From: Minisyncoccota bacterium
Lineage (GTDB): Bacteria > Patescibacteriota > Minisyncoccia > UBA6257 > UBA9933
Length of the DNA: 64,000 nt
NCBI GenBank assembly: GCA_041650415.1
Contig: JBAZLC010000001.1
Location: forward strand, 66,998 to 130,997
Direction: 5' to 3'
In this document: piece after piece, positions 54,635-63,988 of the stretch
Numbering within the stretch: position 1 is the first letter of the stretch
Layout: each line of letters begins with the position of its first letter
The notes under the pieces: model-generated
Told to the model about the DNA's origin: nothing
What the model saw: the letters and a program-made list of their open reading frames with translations, nothing else
Database searches by the model: none
Position numbers and translations under genes: made by a program

Positions 54635-56557
54635 ATGGCAAATTTAAAGCCAATAGTCCGAAAAATGCCCAAACAGTATAAGCGCCTAAATAATGCTATA
54701 ATTATCCATATGGATAAAGAGCAACTTAAAAAATTCATTACTTATGACATAGGGCTGGAAATAGTTTTATTTATCGCCCTTATTTCTTTTTATTTTAACC
54801 TTCTGCCCGAAAAAACAAATGAAATAGCGGCGGCCGTTATAGGAATAATCGCCACTCTGCCCGTCATCGTAAGTGCTATAAAATCAATCGCCCAAAGAAA
54901 AATAAACGTTGACCTTTTGGCAAGTATCGCTCTTGCCGCGTCGATTATTTTAAGAGAATGGACTTCTGTTATTTTCATCAATTTAATGATAACTTCGGCG
55001 CGTATTTTTTCCGACTATACCGAATCGCGTTCCCGCCGCGCTATTGAACATCTTTTAAAGCTGAAACCTCAAACAGCGCGGGTTAAAAGAGGCGAAACGG
55101 TTATTGAGCTACCGATTGAAAAACTCCAAAAAGGAGATATTGTGCTCGCCGAACTTGGAGAAAAAATCCCCGTCGACGGTTTTGTAGAAAAAGGCGAAGC
55201 GGAAATAGACCAATCGTCTTTAACCGGAGAATCATTGCCTGTTTCCAAAAAAGCCGGAGAAAAAGTTTTAAGTTCGACCTTTGTCGTGTCGGGAAATTTG
55301 GAAATCCGGGCGGAAAAAATCGGGAAAGAAACCGCCTTTGAAAAAGTTATTGAATTGGTCGAGTCATCTCAAAAAAATAAAGCGCCGTTGACCACTTTGG
55401 GAGAAAAATTTTCCCGTTGGTATATTTTTATCACTCTTGTCGGCGCGATTTTAATTTTTATTTTTACTAAAAATGCCTCTTTGGTTTTGGCCGTTCTACT
55501 CGTCGCTTGCGCCGACGACGTAGCCGTTGCCATCCCCTTGGCCTTTCTGACATCCATCGCTCACAGCGCCAAGCATGGCGCGATAGTTAAAGGCGGAAAT
55601 TTCATTGAAGCGCTGGCTCAAATAAAAATAGTTATCAGTGACAAAACCGGCACCTTAACCCGGGGGAAATTAAAAATTGAAAAAATATTTCCGCTTGGCG
55701 GCAAAAAAGAAGAAGATGTCGTAAAAATCGCGGGTGCCATCGCGGTCCTCTCGGATCATCCATCCGCTCAAGCGGCCGCGCGTTACGCCAAAGAAAAAAA
55801 GGTTGTTATTCAAAAACCCGACAGCATTGAAGAACACAGCGGGAAAGGAGCTGTTGCCATGCTCGCCGGGAAAAAAATCATTACCGGAAAAATAAACTTT
55901 TTTGAAGAGCTTGGAATACAGATTCCTCAAGACGTAAAGCGAGCCGCCGCCGCGGAAAATGAAAACGGGTTTATTACTGTGTTTGTGGCACAAGAGAACA
56001 AATTAGCCGGATTTATGACCCTATCGGATGAAATCCGTCCCGGAGCCAAAGAAGCTGTAAGCGAACTCAAAAAACTCGGCGTTGAAAAAGTTGTTATGCT
56101 TACCGGCGACAGCGAAAAAATCGCCGAAAGAGTGGCGAAAGAAATCGGCATAGAAGAATATCACTCTAATTTGATGCCCGAAGACAAAATAGAATATTTA
56201 AAAAAGAACTTAAGCAAAAAACATAAAACCGCGATGCTCGGCGACGGAGTAAATGACGCGGCGACGCTCGGACTGGCTGACGTCGGCATTGCCATGGGAG
56301 TTATCGGCTCGGACGCGGCAATCGAATCGGCGGATATCGCCCTAATGCGCGATGATATAAAACAAGTTCCCGAGCTTATAAAAATAGGTAAAACTACAAT
56401 GCGGGTCGTAAAACAAGACTTGGTAATTTGGGGGGTTGTTAACGTCGTTGGCCTGTTTCTGGTTTTTGGAAAAATAATCGGTCCCGAAGGCGCGGCTGCT
56501 TACAATTTTTTAACCGACTTTCTGCCCCTTTTCAATTCTCTCCGACTTTTCAGGTAA
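54635..56557 (+). CDS. P-type ATPase with P1B-like topology (heavy-metal type) but a non-canonical transmembrane metal-site motif.
   Basis: TGES actuator motif, phosphorylation site DKTGTLT, and GDGVNDAATL hinge. Eight predicted transmembrane helices with the P1B-like NVDLLASIALAAS M1 helix. No N-terminal HMA domain. The usual CPC/xPC is replaced by ACADDVAVAIPLA. Confidence 0.8.
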   Translation: MANLKPIVRKMPKQYKRLNNAIIIHMDKEQLKKFITYDIGLEIVLFIALISFYFNLLPEKTNEIAAAVIGIIATLPVIVSAIKSIAQRKINVDLLASIALAASIILREWTSVIFINLMITSARIFSDYTESRSRRAIEHLLKLKPQTARVKRGETVIELPIEKLQKGDIVLAELGEKIPVDGFVEKGEAEIDQSSLTGESLPVSKKAGEKVLSSTFVVSGNLEIRAEKIGKETAFEKVIELVESSQKNKAPLTTLGEKFSRWYIFITLVGAILIFIFTKNASLVLAVLLVACADDVAVAIPLAFLTSIAHSAKHGAIVKGGNFIEALAQIKIVISDKTGTLTRGKLKIEKIFPLGGKKEEDVVKIAGAIAVLSDHPSAQAAARYAKEKKVVIQKPDSIEEHSGKGAVAMLAGKKIITGKINFFEELGIQIPQDVKRAAAAENENGFITVFVAQENKLAGFMTLSDEIRPGAKEAVSELKKLGVEKVVMLTGDSEKIAERVAKEIGIEEYHSNLMPEDKIEYLKKNLSKKHKTAMLGDGVNDAATLGLADVGIAMGVIGSDAAIESADIALMRDDIKQVPELIKIGKTTMRVVKQDLVIWGVVNVVGLFLVFGKIIGPEGAAAYNFLTDFLPLFNSLRLFR

Positions 56558-56776
56558 TTATATTATCTCCACTATTTTTTGTTTTGAGGTTTTACCCGAT
56601 ACTATTTCTACACAAGAAGCGCTAACGTCAAAATATTTTGCCAACGCTTTTATTATCGCCGCATTGGATTTCCCCTCTTTCGCTGCCGCCTTAACCGAAA
56701 CGTTATAATGCGTTTCATCTATTTTTAAAATTTCTTCTTTTTTCGCCCCGGGCTTGGCTTTTACAAAAATTTTCAT
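56558..56776 (-). CDS. DUF167/YggU-family small protein.
   Basis: 72 aa. ...KGKSNAAIIKALAKYFDVSASCVEIVSGKTSKQKIVEI matches the YggU pattern. Confidence 0.6.
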   Translation of the reverse strand: MKIFVKAKPGAKKEEILKIDETHYNVSVKAAAKEGKSNAAIIKALAKYFDVSASCVEIVSGKTSKQKIVEII

Positions 56777-56784
56777 GAAAATTT

Positions 56785-57537
56785 TTATCTTTTTTCATTT
56801 ATTGCCTTGATATAATCGCAATAATCGCAATCGGAACCGGCTTCCGGAATTTTATCCGAATTCAAGCATTTATGCGCGTCTAAAATAATTCTTTCAACCC
56901 AATTGTCGCTGCCCGTATAAGGAATAAGAGTGATATCGAATTCCAACCTGGCATCAAACGCTTTTTTATCCGTCTTGCCATTGCAATAAACGAAATATCC
57001 GGTATCTGAAACTTTAAACCCGTTTTGGCGGAACAGCCATTGATAAATTTCCATCTGTCTTTTATATCCGTCTTGCCAATCTTTATTGAGCTCGGTAATT
57101 TCCTCGTCTTTTGAAGTAGCCTTGTAATCGACTACTATGTATTCTCCTTTGGAGTTCTGCCAAAGGTCGTCTATGGCGCCGGTTATTAAAAAGTTTGTCG
57201 GCTTATGCAAGTACTGAATGCCGGTAAAATTATGCCGCCATTTATCCAAGTCTTCATGCGCTACCGGACGCGCGTCCACGCCGTATTTTTCGATTAATGG
57301 ATGTTTTGTGCCGTTGGCGCGATGAACGTCGAATTCCATCTTAAGAAGTTTATCCACTGCGGAATTCAAAGAAAAAGGAAACCCCGGCGGGCGCCCGATT
57401 CCAAGCCTGCGGTCGAAATAAAAACATCTCGGACAACTAAAAAATAAATCCAATTTTGAACGGGATAATTTAAAAGGTTCTTGAGAATCCGGTTCGTATA
57501 AGCCTTTTATTCTTTTTGAATTATAGTATTCCGACAT
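56785..57537 (-). CDS. PD-(D/E)XK nuclease-superfamily protein with a Cas4-like Fe-S cysteine arrangement (stand-alone; no cas genes nearby).
   Basis: Catalytic-core-like D...IVVDYK (D-x-K). N-terminal CPRC and C-terminal C...CDYCDY cysteines, as in Cas4/AddB nuclease domains. Confidence 0.55.
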   Translation of the reverse strand: MSEYYNSKRIKGLYEPDSQEPFKLSRSKLDLFFSCPRCFYFDRRLGIGRPPGFPFSLNSAVDKLLKMEFDVHRANGTKHPLIEKYGVDARPVAHEDLDKWRHNFTGIQYLHKPTNFLITGAIDDLWQNSKGEYIVVDYKATSKDEEITELNKDWQDGYKRQMEIYQWLFRQNGFKVSDTGYFVYCNGKTDKKAFDARLEFDITLIPYTGSDNWVERIILDAHKCLNSDKIPEAGSDCDYCDYIKAINEKR

Positions 57538-57683
57538 AAGTGCCTAAATTCTACGCCTTATGCCGAAATAAATCAAAATAAGCAAATTACAAAAAATGCC
57601 TTATCAAAAGAAAAGTATTTATAAGCCAGAAAGCCACGCCGCTGGCCGTTAAAAATAAAACAACTTTTGTTTGTGTGTCCATT

Positions 57684-57726
57684 TTAAAAAAAAGACCGTT
57701 TGTAATTGCTTGATGGCTAAACGGTC
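57684..57726 (-). terminator. Terminator downstream of the 57768-58115 gene.
   Basis: gaccgttt...aaacggtc hairpin plus a T-run on the minus strand. Confidence 0.55.
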
Positions 57727-57767
57727 AAAGCCATGATAATACTTTTTTAATATCCATCACCTCCTTC

Positions 57768-58115
57768 TTATAAGTTTTTACGATTCTCGAATGAAATATT
57801 GATTCCGGCATCTCTGACGGCGCAGGCAATCGCAAATTTCGTCTTGTGGCTGTCATGCGTATAAACAGTCACTTCTTGATGGGTGGTGTTGCCTCTTATA
57901 GACAAAAGCACTCCTCCATCAATATCGACGATTTTCACACGTCGGTCGCCGTTTGCGGAAGGCAGCCCAGCCTTTATGTACCCAAGAGATATTTTATAAA
58001 CCTCGGGCTGTTTGTGAGCGATGTCTACCGGAATTAGCGCGGCATCAATTACCGTCGTGTGGCTGCCGCAATACTTGCCACCCGACCTTTTATCTTTCTT
58101 ATTTTTCGTCAACAT
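57768..58115 (-). CDS. Hypothetical protein (115 aa).
   Basis: Intact ORF flanked by a terminator. No family recognised by eye. Confidence 0.4.
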   Translation of the reverse strand: MLTKNKKDKRSGGKYCGSHTTVIDAALIPVDIAHKQPEVYKISLGYIKAGLPSANGDRRVKIVDIDGGVLLSIRGNTTHQEVTVYTHDSHKTKFAIACAVRDAGINISFENRKNL

Positions 58116-58210
58116 ACGCCCTCCTTTTTAAAAAAAGAACGTTAATGCCAACTTTCAACGTTTTTAGAGCTAAAAATAAAATAGCGTGTTTCAGCTATCT
58201 TGTCAATCGA

Positions 58211-58846
58211 TTATTTAATAACCTTTTTATATTCAAAGTAAGAATAAACAATTACGTAAAGAGTGGAAAAAAGAACCGGAACTAAAATAAACAAAAACGC
58301 CAATCTTGGGAAAAACAATCCCAAAAACGAAATTGCTCCCGTAATTTTAAACAACTTACCGCCAAGCTTGTGTGTTTTATCCCATACCTCTTCACTGCTC
58401 AAAGTCCAGGGCGTTCTAATACCGATAAACCAATTCTTTTTGGCGCTTTCAATTAAAACTCCGCAATAATAAAACAGTATTCCAAAAGCCGGCGCTATCG
58501 CCCGATTCATGTCAAATCGCGAGCCAAGATTCCAAAAAACCGTCAAAAGATAAATGTAAAAGAAAAATAGTATTATAAAAACTATAAAATTATTGAACTG
58601 TTTTTTGAATTTTTCGACATTCGCTTTAAGCGGGTCCAGTTTGGGAATTAAAATCAAAAGTAAAAATACCGCCAAAGAAATAACCGGCATTAGAAACAAT
58701 CCCCAAAACTTACCCATGTAGCCATTGGCTTCTCCGTTAATGCCCCAATGCGAAATCATTCTATCCGGCATTTGCGGATATAAATACGCGCTGATAGCAA
58801 AAGACGCCAAAATTATCAACGAAATTATTATGAAACTTTTTTTCAT
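58211..58846 (-). CDS. SdpI/YhfL-family membrane protein (DUF1648 plus an SdpI immunity-like domain).
   Basis: MPDRMISHWGINGEANGYMGKF matches the DUF1648 motif. IGIRTPWTLSSEEVWDKTHKLGGKLF matches the SdpI signature. Four transmembrane helices. AAGGAAA lies upstream of the ATG at 58846. Confidence 0.65.
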   Translation of the reverse strand: MKKSFIIISLIILASFAISAYLYPQMPDRMISHWGINGEANGYMGKFWGLFLMPVISLAVFLLLILIPKLDPLKANVEKFKKQFNNFIVFIILFFFYIYLLTVFWNLGSRFDMNRAIAPAFGILFYYCGVLIESAKKNWFIGIRTPWTLSSEEVWDKTHKLGGKLFKITGAISFLGLFFPRLAFLFILVPVLFSTLYVIVYSYFEYKKVIK

Positions 58847-58848
58847 AA

Positions 58849-59196
58849 TTAAGATTTCCTTTTTTGGAGCCAGCTTAAAACAAAAAGTATTCCGACAATA
58901 ATGGCAGGCGCTGAAATTGAAACGTACCAGCTCCAATGGCGGTCAAAGCCAACCGCAAAAACATAATATATTGCAAACACGAAAAATGCGGCCGCCCCGA
59001 ACAAATCATATTTCCAGGCAATTATAACAATCGCCAACAAAGCGAAAGAAGGTAAAAGATGAATTAAAAGGCCCAAAATATTTTGCCAGCTGCTGCCCCC
59101 ACTTAACGCGTCCAAAGAAAACAGAGATAAAAACAAAACAAACCCCAGACTTAAAATTCTCGGCGACCAATAAATAATTTTATTTTTGTAATCCAT
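58849..59196 (-). CDS. Small integral membrane protein, hypothetical.
   Basis: Three or four hydrophobic helices. It immediately follows the stop of the upstream secreted-protein gene. Confidence 0.45.
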   Translation of the reverse strand: MDYKNKIIYWSPRILSLGFVLFLSLFSLDALSGGSSWQNILGLLIHLLPSFALLAIVIIAWKYDLFGAAAFFVFAIYYVFAVGFDRHWSWYVSISAPAIIVGILFVLSWLQKRKS

Positions 59197-59200
59197 AGTA

Positions 59201-60301
59201 TTATTCGAAAAATATCCTGCCATCAGGCGTGGCGCATTGCGGCGGATTTGATTTCATTATTGAAAAGCCCGCCATAATGCAAGAATTAAAATCCGTTATC
59301 TGTTTCAAAAGTTCATCGCATTTTTGCTTGCTTGCGGAATCGCTCATTGGCAGACACCTCGCAAGCTGACTGGCAAGACTATCATCCGTCGACAACAAGT
59401 CCAACTTAATGGTTTGAACTATACTGTCCACTACTGTATTAATATTAAACTTTTCGCGCTCGCTAGTACAGGCCTGATTCTGCACCTCGTCATAATTGCC
59501 GCAATTGGAATAACGAAGAATAAAACTTAGCTCGATAAGCTTACCATTCCTGGGAACAACGTATTTATATGAGGAATAAACGCTTCCGGCCGCGCCTTCA
59601 TATTTAACATTTACGCAATAAATCCTGCCATTTACCACTTCTTGCGAAACTACCTCTGTTAAACTGCTTTTTTCTAGTGGAGTTTCCGCACAAGAATAAG
59701 TCCCCGAATTTACCCGAACCGCCGGCGGCCATTCCTGAGTATAAATATATTGAGCGATTAATTTTTCCGGATACTGAAATGAAATACCGCCATTGCTGTA
59801 ATTTCTCAAAACCTGATTTTCTTCATAGGGAAGGATTGAAATTCCCGTTATAAGCCATTTATCGCCGAATTTTACCACTCCGATTTCAACCGCCCGCGAC
59901 CCGGACATGCCGGTGCTTGTCATGTCTATTATTTTCCCGCTTACGTCATAAGCGCCAGACCCAAATTGCCTGATATCCGCTATCACAATCTCATCGGGCC
60001 ACGGGCTGGAAGTTAGCCTACCTGGAGCTTTTGACGGATCGGCTTCCCACTGCATCAGTAAATCCGGAGCGACAAAATCTTTATAATTTTTTTTAATGTC
60101 TTGAGCAACCGTGGAAGATAACAAAGAAACATTCTTTAACGCGTAGCCGAAATTTTCCACAACGGCTCTGACGGCGACTGATTCATCGATTTTAGGGCTT
60201 GAAAAATACGGCCGCGCAAGATAAAAAATACCTCCCAACAAAACCAGCCCGGAAACTACTAAAAGAATTTTTCGATTTTTTGAATAAAATTCAAACATCA
60301 T
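59201..60301 (-). CDS. N-terminally anchored or secreted hypothetical protein with a Cys-rich C-terminal half.
   Basis: N-terminal transmembrane/signal sequence (LLVVSGLVLLGGIFYLA). At least ten Cys in the C-terminal 170 aa. No recognised domain. Confidence 0.45.
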   Translation of the reverse strand: MMFEFYSKNRKILLVVSGLVLLGGIFYLARPYFSSPKIDESVAVRAVVENFGYALKNVSLLSSTVAQDIKKNYKDFVAPDLLMQWEADPSKAPGRLTSSPWPDEIVIADIRQFGSGAYDVSGKIIDMTSTGMSGSRAVEIGVVKFGDKWLITGISILPYEENQVLRNYSNGGISFQYPEKLIAQYIYTQEWPPAVRVNSGTYSCAETPLEKSSLTEVVSQEVVNGRIYCVNVKYEGAAGSVYSSYKYVVPRNGKLIELSFILRYSNCGNYDEVQNQACTSEREKFNINTVVDSIVQTIKLDLLSTDDSLASQLARCLPMSDSASKQKCDELLKQITDFNSCIMAGFSIMKSNPPQCATPDGRIFFE

Positions 60302-61800
60302 ATATAAATTATAATCATCCCAATAATTCCCACAAGTAACAAATAAACCATGCAGGGAATGAATACTCCTTTAAGAATTTCCCTTTCTTTATTTTTTACG
60401 CCGACTACCGCCTCGCCCGACAACATGTCCGCCAAAGCTATCATGTTGCCGGCCGATCCGCCAACCACGCCAAGCGATAATATTACCGCCACGCTGAAGC
60501 CAAGCGCTTGTCCGGCAACGCTGAAAAAATTTCCAAACATAATATTTGAAACCGTGGCGCTACCGGTAATAAAAGCGCCAAAAGCGCCGATAAACGGCGC
60601 GAAAAACGGCAACCAACTTGTCTCAAAGGCCTTAGCAACAAGAGTTATCGCCGCCGGCAAACCGGAATAATTTTGGCTCGAATTTATCATTAATTGAACG
60701 AACGCCGACATTGAAACAATTACCAAAAATGGACCTACTGCTCCCTTTAGGGCATTTGCCATCGAAAACGAAAGAATTTCTTTTTTTCTTCTCCAGATAA
60801 AAGCGGTAATTAATCCGGCAATAATAAAAGCAAAACCGGGATTAAATAAGTTGAAAACGTGATTAATTATTAAAGAAATATTAACGCTTGAATTTCCTAA
60901 AAATATTTTTCCCAAAATCAAAAATACTATTAAGAGTCCGTAGGGTAAAAACGCTTTAAAAGCCGGCATTGTTTTTTCAATTTTTTCTTCCCCGCGCAAA
61001 GATAAAACGTCTTTGGGTTTAAAAATATTTAATTTTGTCGAAAACATTACCAAAAGCAAGCCGATTATTGAACCTATAATCGAAGGAAATTCTTGCCCCA
61101 TGAACGCGGCGACCAACACCGAAGGTGCGACAAAGGCGATTCCCGACCAAATGGCAAAACCCAAACCGCCGAAAAATTCTTTTTTTTCATTTACTCTTCC
61201 CGAAGTGATTATCCAAAGCATAAAAACGGGAACTATAAACCCAACACAATTTATAAGAGACGAGATGTACGGTACCGAAGAAATATCCAAACCGGCGAAG
61301 CCTATTCGAATCGGCGCTCCGGCGGCGCCAAAAACAACCGAAGCACTGTTACCTAAAAGCGCGACTACTAATGCTTTAATCACCGGAAGGCCGAGCCCGA
61401 CGAGAAGCGGCGCGACAACCGCCACCGGAGTTCCAAATCCGGCAGTACCCTCGATAAAATTTTCGAAAAACCAGGCCAATATTATTATTTGTACCCGGTA
61501 ATCTTTTGAAAAATGCTCAAGATAATATGAAATATTTTTAATCACGTTCAAATCTTTCAATATCCCTAAGAAAAAAATCGCTCCAAAAATAATAATAAAA
61601 ATATCAAAAGCCACAAAAAAACCTTTAATATAAGAAGATAAAAGCGAGACGGGTAATATCTGCCAGTAAAAAATAGCCAAAAACGTAAACAAAGCCACTG
61701 TAATAACTGATGCCCTAAGAAGCGAAGTTTTTACCCAAAGCAAAAGAATAATAAAAACCAAAAAAGGAATTATCGACAGCAAAACCGGCAAGTTAAACAT
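60298..61800 (-). CDS. L-lactate permease (LctP family).
   Basis: About 13 transmembrane helices with typical LctP segments (FENFIEGTAGFGTPVAVVAPLLVGLGLPV). Confidence 0.75.
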   Translation of the reverse strand: MFNLPVLLSIIPFLVFIILLLWVKTSLLRASVITVALFTFLAIFYWQILPVSLLSSYIKGFFVAFDIFIIIFGAIFFLGILKDLNVIKNISYYLEHFSKDYRVQIIILAWFFENFIEGTAGFGTPVAVVAPLLVGLGLPVIKALVVALLGNSASVVFGAAGAPIRIGFAGLDISSVPYISSLINCVGFIVPVFMLWIITSGRVNEKKEFFGGLGFAIWSGIAFVAPSVLVAAFMGQEFPSIIGSIIGLLLVMFSTKLNIFKPKDVLSLRGEEKIEKTMPAFKAFLPYGLLIVFLILGKIFLGNSSVNISLIINHVFNLFNPGFAFIIAGLITAFIWRRKKEILSFSMANALKGAVGPFLVIVSMSAFVQLMINSSQNYSGLPAAITLVAKAFETSWLPFFAPFIGAFGAFITGSATVSNIMFGNFFSVAGQALGFSVAVILSLGVVGGSAGNMIALADMLSGEAVVGVKNKEREILKGVFIPCMVYLLLVGIIGMIIIYI

Positions 61801-61888
61801 TATTCATATTTTACACTTTCGGCAAATTTAGAGCAAATAAAAGGCCGTCCATTCACGAAAACGTGGATGAACGGCCTCTTTCTAGAAC

Positions 61889-62137
61889 TTAATCTTGTCT
61901 CCTGCATTTTCCGCCCCTTTCTTTGTCGTGCCGAATATTTACATGCACGCCAATTCTTTCTTGTACTCCAAACGAGAATTCGATGCCGAAAATTTTGATA
62001 CCCGCCTCTACTTTTTCTTCATTAACCAAACCGATATTCACGTCCGAATTTGATTTTTCTTCCGCCGATTTTTCGGAAACGCTGCCTGCGCCATCCAAAA
62101 CAATCACCTCGTCCGCATTTTCTTTCAAAGCGTTCAT
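61889..62137 (-). CDS. Hypothetical small protein (82 aa).
   Basis: Strong AAAGGAGGTAAGGGAA Shine-Dalgarno 7 nt upstream of the ATG. Terminator hairpin downstream (61830-61870). Confidence 0.45.
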   Translation of the reverse strand: MNALKENADEVIVLDGAGSVSEKSAEEKSNSDVNIGLVNEEKVEAGIKIFGIEFSFGVQERIGVHVNIRHDKERGGKCRRQD

Positions 62138-62400
62138 TTCCCTTACCTCCTTTATTAAGTTTTAAACATGCCCGAGATAAGCGCCCTTAAACAAATTGCC
62201 CCGGCATTATCTCGCCGAGGCAATCTCTAAATTTATACCAACTGAAATTTTTACGTCCTGTGATTAAATTGCTCGGGCCAAATAACGCCTAAACTTAATT
62301 TACGTCTAAACCAAATGGCAATTCTATTCACGTGTGGAAAATATAACTTTTTCATATCCTTCATTGAATATAACGATTATCCGGCAAAAGGGTTTCGCTG

Positions 62401-62432
62401 CAAAAAAGCGGGGTAAAACCCCGCTTTTTTAT
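62401..62432. terminator. Bidirectional terminator.
   Basis: aagcgggg-taaaa-ccccgctt hairpin flanked by A5 and T6 runs. Confidence 0.6.
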
Positions 62433-62447
62433 GCTATTTAACGTCTA

Positions 62448-63587
62448 TTAAGCTTTCTTAAAATTCCGATACAAATAATTAAATAACATTCCGAAAGCAG
62501 CCAAGAAAAAGACGAAAGAGAATATCCATCCGATAAACGGAATAATATTTACAATCTTCATTACCACCACGCCTGTTGTAACGCTTTTCCAATTCGCCCC
62601 GAATTCCGGTTTTTTTAAAAGCTTCCGGAAAATAATCGTGCCTAATACTATCGGCGCGAAAACCGAAGCAAAAAGCGCCATCACGGAATAAAGCAAAATT
62701 CCCGCGACACCCAATAAAATACCGATTATCGTGATGAAAGAAATTATTACCGCTATTGGCAAAACCACTAAAAGAATAAATCCGCGCAATGTTTCTTTGC
62801 CAAAATTATCCAAAGTATGGTTTATCGCCTCTTCTAATTTTTTACCCAACACGAAATATGCCACCAGTGAAGCCGTCAAAGAAATCAACAACATTATCAG
62901 CCACGACGCTCCCAAAAATCCCATAAAACCTTTTTTTACCGCTTGTTGATTTTGTGCCGGAACAATTTCTTTAAAATTAACTTTGCCGCTTATTTTGGCT
63001 CCGTCTTCAATTGTCAGTTTTTCCGGCGCGCTGTAGTTTAAATCTCCGCCGATTTCCGCTCCGCTACCAATAATTAATTTGCCGCCTGTTTTTGCCAAAA
63101 TATCGCCTTTTACCTTGCCATCAATACGAACCGTATCACCATAAACCGAAAGGTCGCCCGCCATATTGCCGTCAATTGAAATATTGCCTCCCGCCACTAC
63201 CGTGTCACCGTCAATTTTCAAATTCGATTTTAAACTTACTTGTCCGCCGGCCGCCAAAAGTTCTCCGCCAATTTTACCACCAATCATCACCGTACCGCCG
63301 ACAAGACGCACGTCATCGCCAACGCTGGTTTCAACGATTAAAGTTCCTCCGGCCGCGTTTAAATCATTAGCCACGTTGCCGGTAACCATAATCGTTCCCC
63401 CAACCGTAAAAACGTCCGCCTTTGCCATTCCCATGATATTGACGTTATTTCCGGCCGCATAAAGATTTTTCGCGGCAACCGCGTCCTTGCCAAGCGCGTA
63501 AACTTGCCCGCTTTCAAAATCCGCGGCAAAAGAAACAAACGGCACCATTAAAAAAGACAAAGCGAAAACTAAAAATATTTTTTTCAT
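62448..63587 (-). CDS. Bactofilin-like (DUF583-type beta-helix repeat) protein with an N-terminal signal/anchor and a C-terminal 4-TM domain.
   Basis: Signal peptide MKKIFLVFALSFLMVPFVSFA. About 180 aa of (V/I)xGxxxG beta-helix repeats (GGTIMVTGNVANDLNAAGGTLIVETSVGDDVRLVGGTVMIGGKIGG...). Then four hydrophobic helices. Confidence 0.55.
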   Translation of the reverse strand: MKKIFLVFALSFLMVPFVSFAADFESGQVYALGKDAVAAKNLYAAGNNVNIMGMAKADVFTVGGTIMVTGNVANDLNAAGGTLIVETSVGDDVRLVGGTVMIGGKIGGELLAAGGQVSLKSNLKIDGDTVVAGGNISIDGNMAGDLSVYGDTVRIDGKVKGDILAKTGGKLIIGSGAEIGGDLNYSAPEKLTIEDGAKISGKVNFKEIVPAQNQQAVKKGFMGFLGASWLIMLLISLTASLVAYFVLGKKLEEAINHTLDNFGKETLRGFILLVVLPIAVIISFITIIGILLGVAGILLYSVMALFASVFAPIVLGTIIFRKLLKKPEFGANWKSVTTGVVVMKIVNIIPFIGWIFSFVFFLAAFGMLFNYLYRNFKKA

Positions 63588-63692
63588 ATGTTTTGAACTA
63601 AAATCGACCTTTGATTAATTTAAATAGTTTCGACCTTATGTTAACATTTTACCCTAAAAAATAATAAACAACAATAAAACTTTATTAACGTA

Positions 63693-63735
63693 TAAAAAAC
63701 CGCCAACCAGACAAATTGCGTCTGTGTATTGGCGG
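63693..63735 (-). terminator. Terminator downstream of the small secreted-protein gene.
   Basis: ccgccaa...ttggcgg hairpin plus a T-run on the minus strand. Confidence 0.5.
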
Positions 63736-63763
63736 TTGTCGAAACAGGCCTGCCCGTTCTCTT

Positions 63764-63988
63764 TTAAATATCGGTTTTCCCTTTGGTGGGCTCCCAGAAG
63801 AACAGGATAAAGCCGTCTGTGTGTATTATTTCGATAATAGCCTCATCGCGGTTCATGTTTCTACAAACTTCTCCGCCGATAAAGCTAATAATCGCCCTTT
63901 GTTTAAATCTATCCAGTTTTTCCCATTCATTAACCGGTAAGGTACCGATTAATATTGCCGCGACCAAAAGAAGCATCATTTTTTTCAT
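63764..63988 (-). CDS. Small secreted hypothetical protein (74 aa).
   Basis: GGAGG is 5 nt upstream of the ATG (MKKMMLLLVAAILIGTLPV... signal peptide). Confidence 0.45.
   Translation of the reverse strand: MKKMMLLLVAAILIGTLPVNEWEKLDRFKQRAIISFIGGEVCRNMNRDEAIIEIIHTDGFILFFWEPTKGKTDI

Noticed and set aside
808-63940. Numerous 60-170-aa ORFs in the six-frame track nested inside or antisense to the large genes
   Set aside because: Examples are 808..1194+, 2463..2852+, 9112..9546+, 23593..23835+, 33593..34516-, 51621..52082+ and 61013..61501+. They are fully overlapped by much longer ORFs with clear homology and lack ribosome-binding sites. They are typical antisense or out-of-frame artefacts.
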